DNA of 64,000 nt. Origin: an uncultured Chloroflexia bacterium. Its GTDB lineage: Bacteria; Chloroflexota; Limnocylindria; Limnocylindrales; CSP1-4. Each line of letters starts with the position of its first letter. Within the stretch, counting starts at the first letter, position 1. The position numbers and the translations under genes are program-made. The notes beneath the pieces were generated by a model that saw only the letters and a program-made list of their open reading frames with translations, was not told the DNA's origin and made no database searches. The stretch lies in NCBI GenBank assembly GCA_963713095.1, contig CAVQKK010000005.1:387217-451216 (forward strand), written 5' to 3'. This document shows positions 59,468 through 64,000 of the stretch, piece by piece.

Positions 59468-60802
59468 CTACTCGCCCGCGCTGGCCGTGATCCGCGTCGG
59501 CGGAGGTTGGGCCTCCGCGTCAGCCGGGGAGGGACGAGCCGTCGACGCCCGATGCGCCAGGGAGCCACCCGACCGAATGGACCGGCTCTTGAAATCCGTC
59601 GACTTCACCTTCGTGCCGATCCGCACGTTCCGGCCCAGCCGCGCCCCGCGCGGGATCACCGACTGCTTGCCCACCACGGTGATGCCGGTGTTCAGCCGTC
59701 CCGGTTCCTGGCGGTTGGGGGTGTCGAGGTCGGGCCCGGCGCCCACGATCGCCCCCTTCCCCACGACCACCCCCTTGTCCAGGATCGCGCGGTCCACGAC
59801 CGCGCCCGACCGGATGACCGTGTCGAACATGATGATCGAATCGCGGACCACGGCCCCCATCTCGACCCGGACCCCGGGCGACAGGACGCTGTTGACGACC
59901 ATCCCGTCGATGACACAGCCGTGCGAGATCAGGCTCCGGTGAACCTGCGCCGTGGGTCCGATCCTGGCGGGGGCGCGCTCCTCGGACCTGGTGTGGATGA
60001 GCCATTCCCGGTCGTACAGGTCGAGCTCGGGGTCGTCCCCGACCAGGGCCATGTTCGCCTCCCAGTAGGACTGGATCGTGCCCACGTCCTGCCAGTAGCC
60101 GTCGAACCGGTATCCGAACACGCGGGCGCCACCCACGAGCATGGCCGGGACCACGTCCCGGCCGAAGTCGGGCAGGTCCTCCGACAGCCAGCGCAGGAGC
60201 GCCCGCTTCGAGAACACGTAGACCCCCATCGACGCCAGGTCGCTCTTCGGCTGCTTGGGTTTCTCCTGCCACTCGGCGACCCGGTCCTGGTCGTCGAGAG
60301 CGAGGACGCCCATCCGGCTGGCCTCGGCGATCGGAACCCGGCGGACGGCGATGGTGACGTCCGCGCGCTTCCGTCGATGGGCCGCAAGAAACGGCTGGTA
60401 GTCCATCTTGTAGACGTGGTCGCCCGCAAGCACGAGCACGGCGTCCCCGCCGCTGCGCTCGATGACGTTGACGTTCTGGAGCACGGCGTCCGCCGTGCCC
60501 CGGTACCACTTGGCGACCCGGCCGCGACGGATGTACGGCTGGAGCAGCTTGACGCCGCCCGTGTTGCGGTCGAGATCCCAGGGACGGCCCCGACCGATGT
60601 GGTCGTTGAGCGAGTGGGGGTTGTACTGGGTGAGCACGACCACGTCGTCGAGGCCCGAGTTGACGCAGTTGGATAGCGTGAAGTCGATGATCCGGTACTT
60701 GCCGCCGAACGGGACCGCTGGCTTCGCGCGCACGCCCGAGAGGATCGAGAGGCGCTCACCCTCACCACCAGCGAGGATGACCGCCAGGACTGGCTTCACC
60801 AC
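59468..60802 (-). CDS. glgC: glucose-1-phosphate adenylyltransferase
   Basis: [46 protein letters not shown]-terminal signature; left-handed beta-helix C-domain; extra about 40-aa C-tail. Confidence 0.9.
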   Translation of the reverse strand: MVKPVLAVILAGGEGERLSILSGVRAKPAVPFGGKYRIIDFTLSNCVNSGLDDVVVLTQYNPHSLNDHIGRGRPWDLDRNTGGVKLLQPYIRRGRVAKWYRGTADAVLQNVNVIERSGGDAVLVLAGDHVYKMDYQPFLAAHRRKRADVTIAVRRVPIAEASRMGVLALDDQDRVAEWQEKPKQPKSDLASMGVYVFSKRALLRWLSEDLPDFGRDVVPAMLVGGARVFGYRFDGYWQDVGTIQSYWEANMALVGDDPELDLYDREWLIHTRSEERAPARIGPTAQVHRSLISHGCVIDGMVVNSVLSPGVRVEMGAVVRDSIIMFDTVIRSGAVVDRAILDKGVVVGKGAIVGAGPDLDTPNRQEPGRLNTGITVVGKQSVIPRGARLGRNVRIGTKVKSTDFKSRSIRSGGSLAHRASTARPSPADAEAQPPPTRITASAGE

Positions 60803-60920
60803 CTGTCGCCCCTCCGCCTTGCAAGGCCGTGTGGCTCCGATGTCGGCTCTGTCGTTCCGATGCTAGCACCGGGTTCGTAAACGCCCGCAGAGCGATCGCC
60901 GGGGACGGATGGCGCGTGGA

Positions 60921-62279
60921 TCAGGTGAACAGCTTGGGGTTCACGAACGTGCCGTTGAGCTCCACCATCCAGTGCAGGTGCGCGCCCGTCGAGTGGCCGG
61001 TGTTGCCCTCGTAGCCGATGACCTGACCCTTGGTCACCACCTGCCCGGCACGAATTGGGTAGCGAGCCTGGAGATGCGCGTACCACGTGGTCAGGGACGA
61101 GGAGTGGGCGATGATCACGATCCAGGCGGGATCCGCGCCGTCGGCATAGTTCCAGCCGACGTAGACCACGCGGCCGTCTCCAGAGGCGCGGACCGGGGTC
61201 CCGTAGGCCGCCACGATGTCGATTCCATTGTGATAGTGGGCGCAGCTCCCGTACGGCGGCTCCCACGAGAAGCCGGTGCAGCCGAACTCCTGGGTGATCG
61301 CACCCGGCATCGGCCACGCAAGGGTGCCGCTGTACTGCGACGGGATGTGGCCCTGGCTGTACTGCGCCGCGACCAGCCGAGCGATCTTCTTCTGGAGCTT
61401 CTTCTTGGCGGCCGCCGCGGCGGCGAGCGTTCGCTGCATGCTCGCCTTGTTCGCGGCCATCCGGCTGTACTGGGCCCGCTGGGCGGCGAGCGTCGCCTTG
61501 GCGGCCGCCTCGAGCTTTCGCAGCTTCGCCTGCGCTTTCCTGAGATCCGCCAGGCGCTGGTCGAGCTTCTGCTTCTGGACGGCCGTCTGCTGCCGGATCA
61601 GGTTCGTGTCGGCCCGCGAGGACTCGATCGTCTGGTGCAGCGACAGCAGCGTGGCCTGGTCCTCGGAGACCTGTCTTGCGAGCGCCTGGTCCTGGGTCGC
61701 GGCGTCGAGCTGCGAGGTCATCTCGGCAAGCATGTCGGTGAACGACGCGCCCGACAGGAATGTCTCGAGCATCGACGTCTGCTGCGCCTCGTAGGCCCGC
61801 CTGATGCGCTCCGCGAGCTGGGCCTTGTGCTCGCCCAGCTCCACCTTCTTCTGTGCTTCCTGCGCGTCGAGGTCGGCAAGCTGCGCGTCGAGGCCGGCGA
61901 GCTGGCTGACCAGCTCCTGATACGTCGCCTTGATCGCGTCGATGTCGTCGTTGAGGGCGTTCACCTTGCGGCGGGTCGCGGTCAGATCGTCGGTGATCCC
62001 CGACAGCTGGCCCTTGGTCTGCGCGATCTGGCCCGCGAGCGCCGTCTGCGACTGGTTCAGGCTCGCGATCAGCCGCTTCTGCTCGGCGATCTTGCGCTCG
62101 AGCTGCTTCTGCTGCGCCTGCGCCTGCGCCAGGTCGTCACCGCGGACCGGCGGCGGCGAAACGGCCGGCGCGGCGATCATGCCCACGAGGAACGGAACGA
62201 CCAGCAGGGCAAGGAAGAAGCGGTGCCGTCGGCCCCGACCGGAGCTGGGGTATTGCTGGGGTGCTGCGGGGCGGGTCAA
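60921..62279 (-). CDS. M23 (LytM) peptidase with long coiled-coil N-domain (EnvC/NlpD-like)
   Basis: TTG start; N-terminal TM; Q/A/L-rich coiled coil; LytM motifs HNGIDIVAAYGTPVRA, HLHWMV. Confidence 0.85.
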   Translation of the reverse strand: MTRPAAPQQYPSSGRGRRHRFFLALLVVPFLVGMIAAPAVSPPPVRGDDLAQAQAQQKQLERKIAEQKRLIASLNQSQTALAGQIAQTKGQLSGITDDLTATRRKVNALNDDIDAIKATYQELVSQLAGLDAQLADLDAQEAQKKVELGEHKAQLAERIRRAYEAQQTSMLETFLSGASFTDMLAEMTSQLDAATQDQALARQVSEDQATLLSLHQTIESSRADTNLIRQQTAVQKQKLDQRLADLRKAQAKLRKLEAAAKATLAAQRAQYSRMAANKASMQRTLAAAAAAKKKLQKKIARLVAAQYSQGHIPSQYSGTLAWPMPGAITQEFGCTGFSWEPPYGSCAHYHNGIDIVAAYGTPVRASGDGRVVYVGWNYADGADPAWIVIIAHSSSLTTWYAHLQARYPIRAGQVVTKGQVIGYEGNTGHSTGAHLHWMVELNGTFVNPKLFT

Positions 62280-62606
62280 CGAGAAGGCGTCCTCATCTCG
62301 TGCGAGCGTTCGTTTGTCGAGCGCGCCGCTGGGAACGGCTTCGGAGCGCGAAACAGGTGTACGCCCGCCGGATCTGGCGCCGCCTCAGAGGGCACTCCCG
62401 AGACGACCATGTACCGGCTTGTGGCTGCAGTGTAGCAACGCCAGGCAACCGCCCGCCTGCAGCTCGCTCGTTCCGCGCATCCGATTCGCCGACGCTGCCC
62501 GCCGGACCGGCGCGCGCGGCCATCGGACATGGTCCTTGCCGATCTGCAGACTGGTGTGGCTTTGCTCGGCTCCTCCGCCGCGGCCGCGGTCCCCAACCGC
62601 GTGGTC

Positions 62607-62752
62607 CTCAGCCGCCTGCGCCGGTCGTCAGCCGTGTCCCCGGTCCTCAGCCGCCTGCGCCGGTCGTCGGCGTGTCCCCGGTCTTCAGCCGCCTGCGCCG
62701 GTCCTCAGCCGTGTCCCCGGTCCTCAGCCGCCGCTCCGTCCCGGGCACCTGG
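62607..62752. repeat. about 39-bp tandem repeat GGTCCTCAGCCGCCTGCGCCGGTCGTCAGCCGTGTCCCC x3.5
   Basis: seen directly; copies differ by 1-3 nt / 1-nt indel; internal 12-nt sub-repeat ggtcctcagccg. Confidence 0.85.
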
Positions 62753-63036
62753 CCACCTGCCCAGCTGGCGAGTGTTGTGTGGGTGATCGAGTCCCGGCGA
62801 TCGTCGGTGGGGCCGGGCGCCGTGCAGAACGCGATCGGGCAAGCTGGCCGGATATCCATGGGGTGGGTGTTTGAGCAGCTGAGCATGAGGAGACGTGTCC
62901 AAGCACCCGTGGGGCGGGTAGCTGACCGGCTCCGGCCGAACCCCTCCCGTGGGGCGGGATCTGGGCAGGTCGGCGCCGGACGGTGTCGCTACGACCCGGG
63001 GGATGGATATTGGCCGGTTGGCGGTCACGGTCGCGG

Positions 63037-63066
63037 GTCGCGTGGCGCGTGGCGCGTGGCGCGTGG
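63037..63066. repeat. heptamer tandem repeat (GCGTGGC)x4
   Basis: cgtggcgcgtggcgcgtggcgcgtggcgg. Confidence 0.85.
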
Positions 63067-63180
63067 CGGTCTTGGGCAAACGCCGGCGCGACGCGGCAGC
63101 CGCCGAAGCGCAGGTCGACGGTCGGCCGGGGATCGGCGCGGGCGGGTTGCCCGAGGGGCCAGGTCACGCGGGCCGAGCGC

Positions 63181-63819
63181 TCAGCGGAAGACGAGGATCG
63201 CCCACATCGCGCCGAAGATCAGGAACGGCCCGAACGGGACGTAGGTATGGAGCGTGATCCGGCGCGCGACGAGCAGGATCACGATCACCACCCCCGCCAG
63301 CAGGGCGCCGTAGACGACACCCGTGACGAGGCGCATCGGTCCCGCGAGCAGACCCACCGAGAGCAGCAGCTTGAGGTCGCCCATGCCGATCGCACCGGCC
63401 CCGAACGGGATCGCGAGCAGTGCGAGGCCTGCCGGCACCGCGACCGCCACGACCGCGGCCAGCGGCAACGACGCCGGGTCGAGCAGCGGGTTGGCACCGG
63501 CCAGCGTCACCACCAGCACCAGCGGGATCGCCGGCAGCGTGATGATGTCCGGCAGGAGCCGCTGGTCGAGGTCCGTTGCCAGCAGGAGGATCAGGGCCAC
63601 CAGGTAGGCGCCCATGATCACGGCCGCCGACGCATCCTCGAACCGGAACGTCAGCGCGCCGAGGGCGAGCGCTCCGGTGACGGCCGGGATCGGCGTGCGC
63701 CAGTCGACCCGGCGCACATGACCGTCCTCGTGGGCAGGCCAGCGGGCCGCGATCCGGTCGGCCACGATACCCCACGCCGCACCGAGCACGGTGAGGGCAA
63801 TAGCGAGCGGCGTCACCAT
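63181..63819 (-). CDS. A24-family prepilin (type IV leader) peptidase, CpaA/TadV-like
   Basis: catalytic Asp motifs LLATDLDQRLLPD and IGMGDLKLLLSVGLLAG; 6 TM; 212 aa. Confidence 0.8.
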   Translation of the reverse strand: MVTPLAIALTVLGAAWGIVADRIAARWPAHEDGHVRRVDWRTPIPAVTGALALGALTFRFEDASAAVIMGAYLVALILLLATDLDQRLLPDIITLPAIPLVLVVTLAGANPLLDPASLPLAAVVAVAVPAGLALLAIPFGAGAIGMGDLKLLLSVGLLAGPMRLVTGVVYGALLAGVVIVILLVARRITLHTYVPFGPFLIFGAMWAILVFR

Positions 63820-63876
63820 GGGCGACGTTGGCGGCTCGAGGTCGGCGGCAGGCGGCGGCTGTCAGGCGGTGGCCCG

Positions 63877-64000
63877 TCAGCCGGCGGCGGCCCCGGCCAG
63901 TGCCAGCTCCACGAGCGTCGCGTGGGCGACGCCCGTGGCGCCCCGCGGCGCGAACGGCTGCACCTTGCGGAAGTAGGCGGTGCCGGCGATGTCGAGGTGG
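63877..64000 (-). CDS. pepA: M17 leucyl aminopeptidase, C-terminal end (5' part beyond window)
   Basis: …HLDIAGTAYFRKVQPFAPRGATGVAHATLVELALAGAAAG* typical M17 C-terminus. Confidence 0.55.
   Translation of the reverse strand, partial: HLDIAGTAYFRKVQPFAPRGATGVAHATLVELALAGAAAG

Noticed and set aside
62600-62760. Possible CRISPR array from regularly spaced repeats
   Set aside because: Repeat units are contiguous with no unique spacers between them, and there are no cas genes nearby; it is a plain tandem repeat.
62529-62786. ORF MVLADLQTGV...SRLRRSSAVSPVLSRLRRSSA as a repeat-containing protein
   Set aside because: The translation is just the 39-bp DNA repeat read through; there is no RBS, and the frame is not supported outside the repeats.

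Overview
High-GC (~70%) window that looks actinobacterial: lipobox lipoproteins, an MsiK-type shared sugar-ABC ATPase, ROK regulator/kinase genes, an MshD-like tandem GNAT, and CAP/M23/LLM genes. All calls come from reading the supplied six-frame ORFs plus manual checks of start codons and RBS; no database search was run, so family names rest on recognised motifs.

The window is dominated by carbohydrate-utilisation loci:
- a GH1 beta-glucosidase gene at 21298-22800;
- a ROK regulator and ROK kinase at 28135-30311, divergent from an ATPase-less SBP-permease-permease-GH3 operon at 22818-28025;
- a LacI gene at 41891-42892, divergent from a second ATPase-less SBP-permease-permease-GH3(BglX) operon at 35734-41360;
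- a CE7 acetyl esterase gene at 42968-43951 and a GH10 gene at 44151-45395;
- pgm (49175-50815), glgC (59468-60802) and the orphan msiK-like ATPase (51051-52160).

Other genes:
- a frameshifted IS256-family element at about 11440-12780;
- tRNA-His(GTG) at 19930-20006;
- a MacB-type ABC pair with BioY and an MpaB/DUF2236 gene (13259-18470);
- a TetR-MFS efflux pair (33249-35601);
- a PAT-like GNAT, pirin, NUDIX, an FAD-linked oxidase and a prepilin peptidase;
- a partial M17 aminopeptidase at the right edge.

Candidates for novelty:
- a tightly coupled secreted gene pair that looks like a divergent WxL-domain / DUF916-DUF3324 cell-surface (Csc-like) module in a high-GC genome (30638-32253);
- an ATGA-coupled operon of a YbjN-like gene and two tandem paralogous C-terminally anchored M1-like (peptidase-MA) proteins, one with the catalytic Glu lost (HEASH versus HQAAH) (54454-59344);
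- a recurring roughly 13-19 nt AT-richer motif (GAGCGTTCGCCAATGTCAC / GCGCGAATGTCAC) seen at least five times between 5.7 and 13 kb;
- an 11-bp palindrome CGAAA-N-TTTCG seen three times, at the LacI/SBP intergenic region and upstream of the GH10 gene;
- a perfect 15-bp tandem duplication abutting the RBS of the SBP gene;
- a roughly 900-bp non-coding repeat-rich region upstream of the M23 peptidase gene.

Many long ORFs in the track are antisense or shadow artefacts of the high GC and were not called.
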